From an uncultured Planctomycetales bacterium (GTDB lineage: Bacteria > Omnitrophota > Gorgyraeia > Aquiviventales > Aquiviventaceae), in assembly GCA_964401235.1 (NCBI GenBank), contig CAYNXT010000003.1, positions 1 through 32,562 on the forward strand: 32,562 nucleotides of DNA, in the 5' to 3' direction. This document shows, piece after piece, positions 22,005-29,949 of this stretch. The notes beneath the pieces are model-generated. The model was not told the DNA's origin, searched no databases, and worked only from the letters and a program-made list of their open reading frames with translations. Within the stretch, counting starts at the first letter, position 1. Each line of letters starts with the position of its first letter. The translations under genes and the position numbers were made by a program.

Positions 22005-23267
22005 ATGCCACGCAAGTCCGCGGCGAAATCACCAACACGACCAGCCGCCAGTCGGCCACCACGCGAATCGTTTGTGTCAAAACTGAAGTCCACTGCGCGC
22101 TCGGTGGCGAAAACCGTGCGCATGTCAGCCCAGCGCCGCAAGCCACCACTCCCTCACCAGTCGGTGAGTGCTAAGGAACCGCCACAGCGTTCCTCTCAAA
22201 AACTTCGACCGATTAAGCGCGTCTCGGTCGTACGGAAGCCGGCACGAGGGCCTACGCGTCGATCGGTTCAACGTCCCGCAGCCACACGTCCAAAACCCTC
22301 GGTTGCGAAGCGTACAGTGGTTCCCCCACCTTCTGCTGCCGTAGCGCGTGGGCCTTCAACGCCAGCTCCCGTGTCGATGGTGAGCGAACGCGCCTCGACG
22401 ACGGCTGAGCCTCGGCCGGCAGCAATCGAAGAGCAATTTTCCATTCCCACCGACTATGGGGATGACCGCATCGTGGTGATGGTGAAGGATCCCTGGTGGA
22501 TCTTTGCGTATTGGGAGATCCAGCCAGGCACAGAACGCGCGGCCAGGGCGCAGCTCCTTCCGCATGAAGTGGCCGGACTGCAAACTGTGCTGCGTGTCTA
22601 CGACGTCACCGGGATTGATTTTCCCGCTCAAAACCCCCTGCGCGTGTTTGATATCAGCCTCTCAGGATTGGCGACAAACTGGTACATCAACACCAATGCC
22701 CCTCATAGTGATTTTGTCGTGGATCTGGGCATTCTCACCAATACAGGACGTTTCATCCTGCTGGTTCGGTCCAACCGGGTTCGCACGCCGCGGGCTGGTC
22801 CGTCGGAGGTCTTGGATGAGGCCTGGATGACGACGAATGAACTGTTCATGAAACTTCTTGGAACCAGCGGCATCGGCATGGGCTCTAGTGTGTCGGGGCG
22901 GGCCTCGCTGTTGCCCCAACAACTGTTTTCCGGCGCATGGGCGCCGTCGTTGGCCGGCGCGACTCGGCAGCCGGTGGTGCGCGGGTTTTGGTACCGGCTG
23001 GAAGCCGATCTGGTGATCCAGGGGGCGACAGAGCCTCAAGCAACCGTGAAGATTCAGGGTCAGCAGGTAGTCGTGCGAAAAGACGGGACGTTCAGCCTCC
23101 GCTTGGCACTTCCCGAGGGCTCACAGACCATCAACATTGAGGTGATCTCTCCGGATGGTCGCCATCTGCGCAGTGCCACACCGATCGTGAGCCTGAGTTG
23201 GGCGAAGAGTCCAACGCCCCCATCGGCCGTGCAGGCCAATGTCAAGAAGTTACGAGGGACTTCCTGA
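22005..23267 (+). CDS. DUF4912-type protein with a ~145-aa basic Pro/Ser/Arg/Lys-rich N-terminal region
   Basis: DYGDDRIVVMVKDPWWIFAYWEI is the motif I associate with DUF4912. The C-terminus looks Ig-like (VIQGATEPQATVKIQGQQVVVRKDGTFSLRLALPEG). The stop overlaps the GH57 start (TGATG). Confidence 0.75.
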   Translation: MPRKSAAKSPTRPAASRPPRESFVSKLKSTARSVAKTVRMSAQRRKPPLPHQSVSAKEPPQRSSQKLRPIKRVSVVRKPARGPTRRSVQRPAATRPKPSVAKRTVVPPPSAAVARGPSTPAPVSMVSERASTTAEPRPAAIEEQFSIPTDYGDDRIVVMVKDPWWIFAYWEIQPGTERAARAQLLPHEVAGLQTVLRVYDVTGIDFPAQNPLRVFDISLSGLATNWYINTNAPHSDFVVDLGILTNTGRFILLVRSNRVRTPRAGPSEVLDEAWMTTNELFMKLLGTSGIGMGSSVSGRASLLPQQLFSGAWAPSLAGATRQPVVRGFWYRLEADLVIQGATEPQATVKIQGQQVVVRKDGTFSLRLALPEGSQTINIEVISPDGRHLRSATPIVSLSWAKSPTPPSAVQANVKKLRGTS

Positions 23268-24856
23268 TGAGCCGCCAAGGGTTTTTGGCGATCATCTTGC
23301 ACACGCATCTGCCATTTGTGCGCCATCCCGAGCATGAAGAGTTTTTAGAGGAGCGCTGGCTCTTTGAAGCGATCACCGAGACCTACCTGCCGCTGCTCGA
23401 GCGCTTTGAGCGATTGGCGAACGACCGCATCCCGTTTCGTCTGACCATGTCGTTTACGCCGACGCTGCTGGCCATGCTGGCAGATCCGCTGCTGCAACAG
23501 CGGTATGTCCGGCATCTCGACCAGCTCATTGAGCTCTCGGCCAAGGAGATCGAGCGCACGCGCTGGATGCCTCCCTTCCATCGTCTGGCTCTCTTTTATC
23601 ATCACCGCTTTACGAGCGCACGTTGGCGGTATGTCGAGCAGTATCGGCGCAACCTCATTCAACCGTTTCGCGAGTTCAGTGAGCGCGGGGATATCGAAGC
23701 AATCGCCTCATGCGCGACACATGGATTCTTACCGCTGATGGATCTGCACCCGTCTGCGGTTCGAGCGCAAATTCGCATTGGCGCCCAAGCCTTTGAACAG
23801 GCCTTTGGGAGGGGACCGGTGGGGTTTTGGCTGCCGGAATGTGGCTACCACCCCGGGCATGATGAATTTCTTCGGGAGCAAGGCATTCGCTATTTTCTCA
23901 CCGATGCGCACGGGGTGTTGTTTGGCTCACCCCGGCCGAAGTACGGCACGTATGCGCCGGCGATGTGCCCCAGCGGGGTCGCGGCGTTCGGACGTGATCT
24001 GGAATCGTCCAAGAGCGTGTGGAGTGCCGAGGAAGGCTACCCCGGCGACTTTGACTATCGCGAGTTCTATCGGGATATCGGGCATGACTTGGAGTACGAC
24101 TATGTGCGGCCCTATCTCAACGGAGATGGTTCGCGCCTCAATACCGGAATTAAATACTACCGGATCACCGGCAAGACCAATGACAAACAACCTTATGATC
24201 CGGATCGAGCCTTAGAAAAGGCCGCTGAGCATGCTGGAAACTTTATATTCAATCGTGAGCAGCAGATTCGGTATCTAGGCTCTGTGATGGACCGCGCGCC
24301 GATCATTATCAGTCCGTATGATGCGGAGCTCTTCGGCCACTGGTGGTTTGAAGGGCCGGATTGGCTGGAGTATTTCTTTCGTAAGGCGCATACCGATCAA
24401 CAGACGTTTGACTTGATCGCTCCTTCGGACTATTTTCAGACCTATTCGACCAACCAAGTCTTGCAGCCCTGCATGTCTACGTGGGGTAACGGCGGCTATA
24501 ACGACGTATGGCTCAACGGAACCAATGACTGGATCTACCGCCACCTACACAAGATGGCCGAACGGATGACAGAAGCCGCCAATACCCATCGTGACCCAGA
24601 TCCGCTTCGCCATCGAGCGCTCAATCAAATGGCGCGCGAGCTCGTCCTTGCTCAGTCATCGGATTGGGCGTTCATTCTTAAAACGCAAACCCATACCGCC
24701 TATGCCTACCGTCGGTTGCATGATCACCTGAGCCGTTTTAGCTATCTCTACGACTCGGTTCGCCAGAACCGCATTGAAGAGGCTCGCCTGAGCGAGGTGG
24801 AATCGAAGGACAACCTGTTTCCGTTCCTCGATTATCGCGTGTATGCCTCCCGTTAG
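23267..24856 (+). CDS. glycoside hydrolase family 57 enzyme (GH57 alpha-glucan branching-enzyme type, with C-terminal DUF1957)
   Basis: FLAIILHTHLPFVRHPEHEEFLEERWLFEAITETYLPLL, WLPECGY, ISPYDAELFGHWWFEGPDWL. Confidence 0.88.
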   Translation: MSRQGFLAIILHTHLPFVRHPEHEEFLEERWLFEAITETYLPLLERFERLANDRIPFRLTMSFTPTLLAMLADPLLQQRYVRHLDQLIELSAKEIERTRWMPPFHRLALFYHHRFTSARWRYVEQYRRNLIQPFREFSERGDIEAIASCATHGFLPLMDLHPSAVRAQIRIGAQAFEQAFGRGPVGFWLPECGYHPGHDEFLREQGIRYFLTDAHGVLFGSPRPKYGTYAPAMCPSGVAAFGRDLESSKSVWSAEEGYPGDFDYREFYRDIGHDLEYDYVRPYLNGDGSRLNTGIKYYRITGKTNDKQPYDPDRALEKAAEHAGNFIFNREQQIRYLGSVMDRAPIIISPYDAELFGHWWFEGPDWLEYFFRKAHTDQQTFDLIAPSDYFQTYSTNQVLQPCMSTWGNGGYNDVWLNGTNDWIYRHLHKMAERMTEAANTHRDPDPLRHRALNQMARELVLAQSSDWAFILKTQTHTAYAYRRLHDHLSRFSYLYDSVRQNRIEEARLSEVESKDNLFPFLDYRVYASR

Positions 24857-24937
24857 CCCGTTAACCTGTTAGCCCGTTTACCCGTTCAGGGCATATAACC
24901 GGCTAACCGGCCAACGGGCTCAACGGGCCAACCGACC
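24849..24937. repeat. 8-nt-periodic palindromic array (CCCGTTNN x5 / AACSGGNN x5) in the GH57-glgA spacer
   Basis: cccgttag cccgttaa cctgttag cccgttta cccgttca | gggcatat | aaccggct aaccggcc aacgggct caacgggcc aaccgacc. It starts in the last GH57 codons and ends 4 nt before ATG 24942. Confidence 0.85.
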
Positions 24938-24941
24938 TACC

Positions 24942-26384
24942 ATGAAGATTTTCTGCATCGCGTCTGAGGTTGAACCCTTTGCCAAAACCGGCGGCCTTGC
25001 AGATGTCGCCGCAGCACTCCCCAAGGCGCTGGCGGCGCGCGGCCATGACGTGCGCCTGGTCATGCCGCTGTATCGCGAAGTGAATCGGCGCGCACTCGGT
25101 GTAACACCGACAGCGCTGCGCGTCTCCGTGGTGATGGGATCTCAGGCGCTTCAAGGCCGTGTCTGGGAGGCCGAGTTTCCGAAGAGCCGGGTGCGAACGT
25201 ACTTCATCGAACAGGCTCCATTCTTTGATCGAGACGGGCTCTACCAGGAGCAGGGGAAGGATCATCCGGATAACCTGGCGCGCTTTAGCTTTTTTTCACA
25301 AGCCGCGCTTCGGCTCCTCCCGCTTCTGGACTGGCGGCCCGACATCGTGCATTGCCATGATTGGCAGACCGCCTTAGCCAGCGCTCATCTTGCCTGGGGT
25401 GCCTTGGGGCGTGAGCCGGCGTTGGCCTCCGTTGGCACCGTCTTCACCATCCACAACCTGGCGTATCAAGGACTGTTTCCAAAGGACCAGTGGGAGCTAA
25501 CCGGGCTGCCCTCGGACGCGTTTGCTCTTGATCGACTTGAATTTCATGGGAAGGTGAGCTGTTTGAAAGGGGGATTGGTGTCGGCTGACGCGCTCACGAC
25601 CGTCAGCCCCACCTATGCCCAGGAGATTCAAACGCGTGAGTTTGGGTGCGGCTTGGATGGAGTGCTGAAGAATCGCCAAAGCGACCTGATGGGCATTCTC
25701 AACGGTATTGATGTGGAGGTGTGGCATCCGCAGATCGATTCGCATCTCTCCGCCACGTATACGGCTGGGCGGCTCGCCGGCAAAACGCAGTGCAAGGCCG
25801 CACTACAGCAATCACAGCGACTCCCTCAACGATCGGACTTGCTCATTGGCATGATCCAGCGGCTGGCGGAGCAAAAGGGAATCGATATCTTCGCGGAGGC
25901 GCTGGAGCGGCTCATGAAGCTGCCGATACAAATCGTGCTGGTGGGAACCGGAGATCCGAAATATCACCAGTTGTTGGCGAAGTATGTCGCTCAATTTCCT
26001 GAGCAGCTCGCATGCAACTTCACCTTTGATCATGCGCTCGCCCACCAAATCGAGGCCGGGGCGGATGCGTTTCTCATGCCGTCGCGCTTTGAGCCGTGCG
26101 GTCTGAATCAAATGTATAGCATGCGCTATGGCACCGTGCCGATTGTGCGTCGCGTCGGCGGGTTAGCCGATACGGTCAATGAGACCACAGGGTTTATGTT
26201 CGAAGAGTATTCTGCTTCGGCCTTGGTTGAAGCAGTCACGCGGGCGGTGAACATGTTTCGCGATCGCGAAGCATGGAAGCGCTTGATGCGCGCCGGCATG
26301 CAGCAAGACTTTTCCTGGTCCCGCTCCGCCCTCGAGTACGAACGCGTCTATGAACGAGTGCTGGCGAAGAGACGAGCGGGATGA
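24942..26384 (+). CDS. glgA: glycogen (starch) synthase, GT5
   Basis: MKIFCIASEVEPFAKTGGLADV, HCHDWQTA, PSRFEPCGLNQMY. Confidence 0.95.
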   Translation: MKIFCIASEVEPFAKTGGLADVAAALPKALAARGHDVRLVMPLYREVNRRALGVTPTALRVSVVMGSQALQGRVWEAEFPKSRVRTYFIEQAPFFDRDGLYQEQGKDHPDNLARFSFFSQAALRLLPLLDWRPDIVHCHDWQTALASAHLAWGALGREPALASVGTVFTIHNLAYQGLFPKDQWELTGLPSDAFALDRLEFHGKVSCLKGGLVSADALTTVSPTYAQEIQTREFGCGLDGVLKNRQSDLMGILNGIDVEVWHPQIDSHLSATYTAGRLAGKTQCKAALQQSQRLPQRSDLLIGMIQRLAEQKGIDIFAEALERLMKLPIQIVLVGTGDPKYHQLLAKYVAQFPEQLACNFTFDHALAHQIEAGADAFLMPSRFEPCGLNQMYSMRYGTVPIVRRVGGLADTVNETTGFMFEEYSASALVEAVTRAVNMFRDREAWKRLMRAGMQQDFSWSRSALEYERVYERVLAKRRAG

Positions 26385-26489
26385 TCCCACGCCCTGCCTC
26401 TAAGCCTTCGGCTGGCGCAACCGCGCCACGTCGGATGTCACAGGCGGTTGCGCGGCCAACCAGGTGTTGGCCAAGGCAGGGCGTGGGAT
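26384..26489 (+). promoter_or_regulatory. 106-nt predicted multi-branch RNA element occupying the glgA-pfkB spacer; the outer 15-bp stem includes the first two nucleotides of the pfkB-family start codon
   Basis: atcccacgccctgcc (26384-26398) is the exact reverse complement of ggcagggcgtgggat (26475-26489). It encloses three hairpins:
- agcc-uucg-ggcu (26403-26413)
- gcgcaaccgc / gcggttgcgc (26415-26424 / 26444-26453)
- ggccaac-caggt-gttggcc (26454-26472). Confidence 0.6.
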
Positions 26490-27423
26490 GATTGCTACCG
26501 TGACTCTGAACCCGTCGCTCGATGAATGGATGGAGCTGCCGGCCTTGCGGGTGGGCACGCTCAATCGAGCCGGGAGCTTTGCGCGCTATCCAGGCGGCAA
26601 GGGTATCAATGTCTCGCGGGTCGTGCATGAGCTTGGAGGACGCACCTGCGCGTTCGGACTCGCAGGTGGAGAGGATGGAGCGATCCTGCGCCATCGCTTG
26701 GATCAGCTTGGCATCCGACATGATTTTGTTGCGGTAGAGGGTTCGACGCGCAACAACTACAAAATTCGCACTCGAGCGCCCCGCGCCCTCACCGAAATCA
26801 ACACCGCCGGCCCGTGGGTTTCCCGGGCCTATCTGCAGACCGTAGCAACGCGAGTCTTGGCCTCTCGACCACGACCTGCGTGCGTGGTGCTCTCCGGGAG
26901 CCTTCCTCCAGGAGTGCCGACGGTAGTGTATCAGCGGTGGATTGACGCATCCCGTCGTCGCAATATCCCCACGGTTTTGGATGCGTCGGGTGCCGCGTTG
27001 CGCCAAGGGGTGCGCGCGCGCCCGTGGCTGATGAAACCCAATCGTGATGAGGCGCAAGAGCTTCTGGGACGGTCCATCAAGACACTTGCGCAAGCGAGCA
27101 AAGCGGTCATCGCGCTGCGCCCTCTAAGCACGATGGTCATCCTCTCACTGGGAAAAGAGGGCGCGTTGATGGCTTCGGCTCTGTATGAGGGGGTGTGGTA
27201 TGGCCGGCCGCCTCAGGTGCGGGTCGATTCTACCGTCGGGGCCGGAGATTCCTTGGTTGGCGGATTTGTGGTGGGGTGGGTGAAGCGTCAGTCGATGCTC
27301 GAAGCGTTTCGACTGGGGATCGCCTGCGGAGCCGCCACCGCCATGACGCCAGGGACTGAATTGTGCCATCGAGCCGATGTCCAGCGTCTGCTGAGTCGGG
27401 TCACACTGTCTCGCATCGCTTGA
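26488..27423 (+). CDS. PfkB-family sugar(-phosphate) kinase (1-phosphofructokinase / tagatose-6-P kinase-like)
   Basis: MIATVTLNPSLD, GGKGINVSRV, and the C-terminal GAGDSLVGGF signature. ATG 26488 is preferred over GTG 26464. Confidence 0.88.
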   Translation: MIATVTLNPSLDEWMELPALRVGTLNRAGSFARYPGGKGINVSRVVHELGGRTCAFGLAGGEDGAILRHRLDQLGIRHDFVAVEGSTRNNYKIRTRAPRALTEINTAGPWVSRAYLQTVATRVLASRPRPACVVLSGSLPPGVPTVVYQRWIDASRRRNIPTVLDASGAALRQGVRARPWLMKPNRDEAQELLGRSIKTLAQASKAVIALRPLSTMVILSLGKEGALMASALYEGVWYGRPPQVRVDSTVGAGDSLVGGFVVGWVKRQSMLEAFRLGIACGAATAMTPGTELCHRADVQRLLSRVTLSRIA

Positions 27424-27486
27424 GCGTAGCTGAGTTGCCCAGAAAACGTAGCCAGGCGTATCGACCTATGATACACTGAACTCGCA

Positions 27487-27768
27487 ATGTCCGTATGGGT
27501 TGTGAGTGGGTTGGTGTGTGCCACAGGTATTGTGGCCTTGCTCATTGGGGGTCTGGTGTGTGGGCTGCGATTTCGGAGCGCGCAACGGACCTTTGAACGA
27601 ACCACCGCGATGTCTCATCGGGTCGATGACGGATGGGAGACGTGGTTCATGGATGGGTTCTCTCGCGTGGCGGTGGGTATGCAGGGCCTGCGCGCATTGG
27701 CTGTTGGGATCGGATGGAGCGTTGCAGGACTGGGACTGATCGGGATCGGGCTTCGGTTACTCCGCTAA
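27487..27768 (+). CDS. hypothetical small membrane protein (93 aa, two hydrophobic segments)
   Basis: N-terminal VWVVSGLVCATGIVALLIGGLVCGL and C-terminal ALAVGIGWSVAGLGLIGIGL look like TM helices. I recognise no homology. Confidence 0.45.
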   Translation: MSVWVVSGLVCATGIVALLIGGLVCGLRFRSAQRTFERTTAMSHRVDDGWETWFMDGFSRVAVGMQGLRALAVGIGWSVAGLGLIGIGLRLLR

Positions 27769-27784
27769 GTTTTTCCTTCCGTTG

Positions 27785-28708
27785 ATGACTCTTCCAAACG
27801 TGTGCGTCGTGGGTGCCGGTTACGTGGGGGCTACCACCGCGCATCTGATCGCCCTGAAACATCTCGCCCACGTGACGCTCATTGATATTGTTGAGGGGCT
27901 CGCCCAGGGGAAGGCCTTGGATATGATGCAATCGTCTCCCCTGGAAGGCTTTCAAGGACGGGTGCATGGCACGACCGATTTTAACGCCATGGCCGAGAGC
28001 CAGCTTGTGATCATCACCGCCGGGCTGGCACGAAAACCCGGCATGTCCCGCGATGAGCTCTTGCAAGCCAATGCCAACATTGTCGGACCGATTGTCGAAC
28101 AGGCTGCACGGGTAGTCCCCCAGGCCGTCCTCATCATTGTCACGAATCCGCTCGATGTGATGGTCGGCCTCGCTCTACAGCGCAGCGGATTTCCTCGGGC
28201 TCGCGTGATGGGGATGGCCGGCGTGCTGGATAGCGCGCGGTTGCGCGCGTTCATCGCTGAGCGGTTACAAGTGCCGCCTCAGTCCGTGCAGGCGATGGTG
28301 CTCGGCTCGCACGGGGATCTGATGGTTCCGCTGAAAAACTCCATCACCGTCAACGGAGAACCCATCGCCAAGCGACTGCCGCCGAAGGAGATCGACCAGC
28401 TCCTCCAGCGGACCAAAGACGGTGGAGCTGAAATCGTCGCATTACTCAAGCAGGGCAGCGCGTTCTACGCGCCGGCAAGCGGTGCGGTGGAAATGGCTGG
28501 AGCGATCTTGCGCGATACGCATGCGGTCTTACCAGTGTGCGCGTGGCTTGAAGGGGAGTACGGATTGCAGGACGTGTGTATCGGCGTCCCGGCCCAGTTA
28601 GGGTCGGCCGGGATTGAACGGGTGGTTGAGATACCGTTGACCCCCGAAGAACAAGCCGCCCTCACCGCCTCGGCGCGCCAAGTCGGAGAGATGCTCAAAG
28701 CGCGATGA
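27785..28708 (+). CDS. mdh: malate dehydrogenase (LDH-like MDH)
   Basis: VVGAGYVGATTAHLIA, ITAGLARKPGMSRDELL, IVTNPLD, GSHGDLMVPL. Confidence 0.93.
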   Translation: MTLPNVCVVGAGYVGATTAHLIALKHLAHVTLIDIVEGLAQGKALDMMQSSPLEGFQGRVHGTTDFNAMAESQLVIITAGLARKPGMSRDELLQANANIVGPIVEQAARVVPQAVLIIVTNPLDVMVGLALQRSGFPRARVMGMAGVLDSARLRAFIAERLQVPPQSVQAMVLGSHGDLMVPLKNSITVNGEPIAKRLPPKEIDQLLQRTKDGGAEIVALLKQGSAFYAPASGAVEMAGAILRDTHAVLPVCAWLEGEYGLQDVCIGVPAQLGSAGIERVVEIPLTPEEQAALTASARQVGEMLKAR

Positions 28709-29865
28709 CGGAGAAGGCTCAGACCATGCCCTCGCAGATTTCCAAAGGGCTCGATGGGGTGATTGCAGATGAGACGCGCATTTCCGAGGTGGATGGACAA
28801 CACTGCCAACTGATTTACCGAGGCTACCACCTGGATGAGCTGATCGGAAAGGCCACGTACGAAGAAGTCAGCTACCTGCTGCTCTACGGCACCCTCCCGA
28901 CTCAAGCGCAATTGGCACCGTGGACCGCGCAGCTTGAAACCAGCCGCGCGCTTGAGCCCAAAGAACAGGCGATTCTGGAGAGTCTGCCGCGCCAAGGTGG
29001 ACCGATGGCCACGTTGCGGACCGTAATGTCTGTGTTGGGCCTCTACGATGCCGAGGCGGAGCAGGGATCGATTGAGGTGATTCAGCACGAGGCAGTTCGG
29101 GCGATTGCGAAGACTAGCACCATCGTCGCTGGCATCGCACGTCTGCGCAAAGGACAGCCGCTACTCGTCCCCCAACCTGGCTTAAGCCACGCCGGCAACT
29201 TCCTCTACCTCTTGCATGGACGAGAGCCAGACCCGGTTGAAGCCAATGCCCTCGATGCCTACTTTATCTTGTTAGCGGATCATGGGTTTAATGCGTCGAC
29301 GTTCACCGCCCGGACTGTGATCTCTACGCAGTCGGACTACTACTCAGCGATCGTCGCGGCCATTGGGTCGTTGCGCGGTCCGCTGCACGGGGCGGCGAAT
29401 CGCAAAGCCATGGAGATGCTCATGGAGATTGGCAGCGTCGAAGGCGTCGCTTCCTACGTGCAAAAGACGCTGGCGGATCACAAGCGGTTCATGGGGTTCG
29501 GCCATCGCGTCTATAAAGGCCCCGATCCTCGTGCCAAGCATCTCAAGGCCTTTGCGCAGCAACTTGGGAAGCGCTCCGGGGATCTGAAGTGGTTTACCAT
29601 CTCCGAACGGCTGCAGGAGGCGGTGTGGCAGGCCAAGCAGCTCTACATCAACGTGGACTTTTACTCCGCCTCACTGCTGCACCACCTCGGCATTCCGACG
29701 GAGCTCTTTACGACCATGTTCGCCTGCGCGCGCATCGCCGGCTGGTCAGCACACGTGATTGAGCAAGCATCCAACAATCGACTCATTCGTCCGCTAGCGC
29801 TCTACACCGGTCCCCGTAACTTGCGCTTCGTTCCGATTGAACAACGCACCCCAGCCTCACCTTAA
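28705..29865 (+). CDS. gltA: citrate synthase (small, type I/archaeal-like; 2-methylcitrate synthase not excluded)
   Basis: GLDGVIADETRISEVDG, HGFNASTF, GPLHGGA-like GPLHGAANR, GFGHRVYKGPDPRA. ATGA overlap with mdh. Confidence 0.9.
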   Translation: MTEKAQTMPSQISKGLDGVIADETRISEVDGQHCQLIYRGYHLDELIGKATYEEVSYLLLYGTLPTQAQLAPWTAQLETSRALEPKEQAILESLPRQGGPMATLRTVMSVLGLYDAEAEQGSIEVIQHEAVRAIAKTSTIVAGIARLRKGQPLLVPQPGLSHAGNFLYLLHGREPDPVEANALDAYFILLADHGFNASTFTARTVISTQSDYYSAIVAAIGSLRGPLHGAANRKAMEMLMEIGSVEGVASYVQKTLADHKRFMGFGHRVYKGPDPRAKHLKAFAQQLGKRSGDLKWFTISERLQEAVWQAKQLYINVDFYSASLLHHLGIPTELFTTMFACARIAGWSAHVIEQASNNRLIRPLALYTGPRNLRFVPIEQRTPASP

Positions 29866-29877
29866 CGGCATGAGGTT

Positions 29878-29949
29878 AGCTTCAAGCTACAGGCTTCAGG
29901 CTGCAACCGTCTTGCTGCAGCTTGCAGCTTGCAGCTTGCAGCCTGGCAG
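29878..29949. repeat. 7-nt-periodic palindromic array filling the gltA-sucC spacer
   Basis: agcttca agctaca ggcttca ggctgca | accgtcttgc | tgcagct tgcagct tgcagct tgcagcc tggcag, then ATG 29950. Confidence 0.9.

Noticed and set aside
26236-27093. 285-aa minus-strand ORF spanning the glgA 3' end, the structured spacer and the pfkB-family gene
   Set aside because: It is antisense to two confident genes and crosses a perfect inverted repeat. Its composition is typical of a GC-rich artefact.
5780-29949. Could the short tandem repeat arrays be CRISPR arrays?
   Set aside because: The units are only 7-8 nt, directly abutting with no spacers, and are arranged as inverted arms. No cas genes are present. 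These are not CRISPR arrays.
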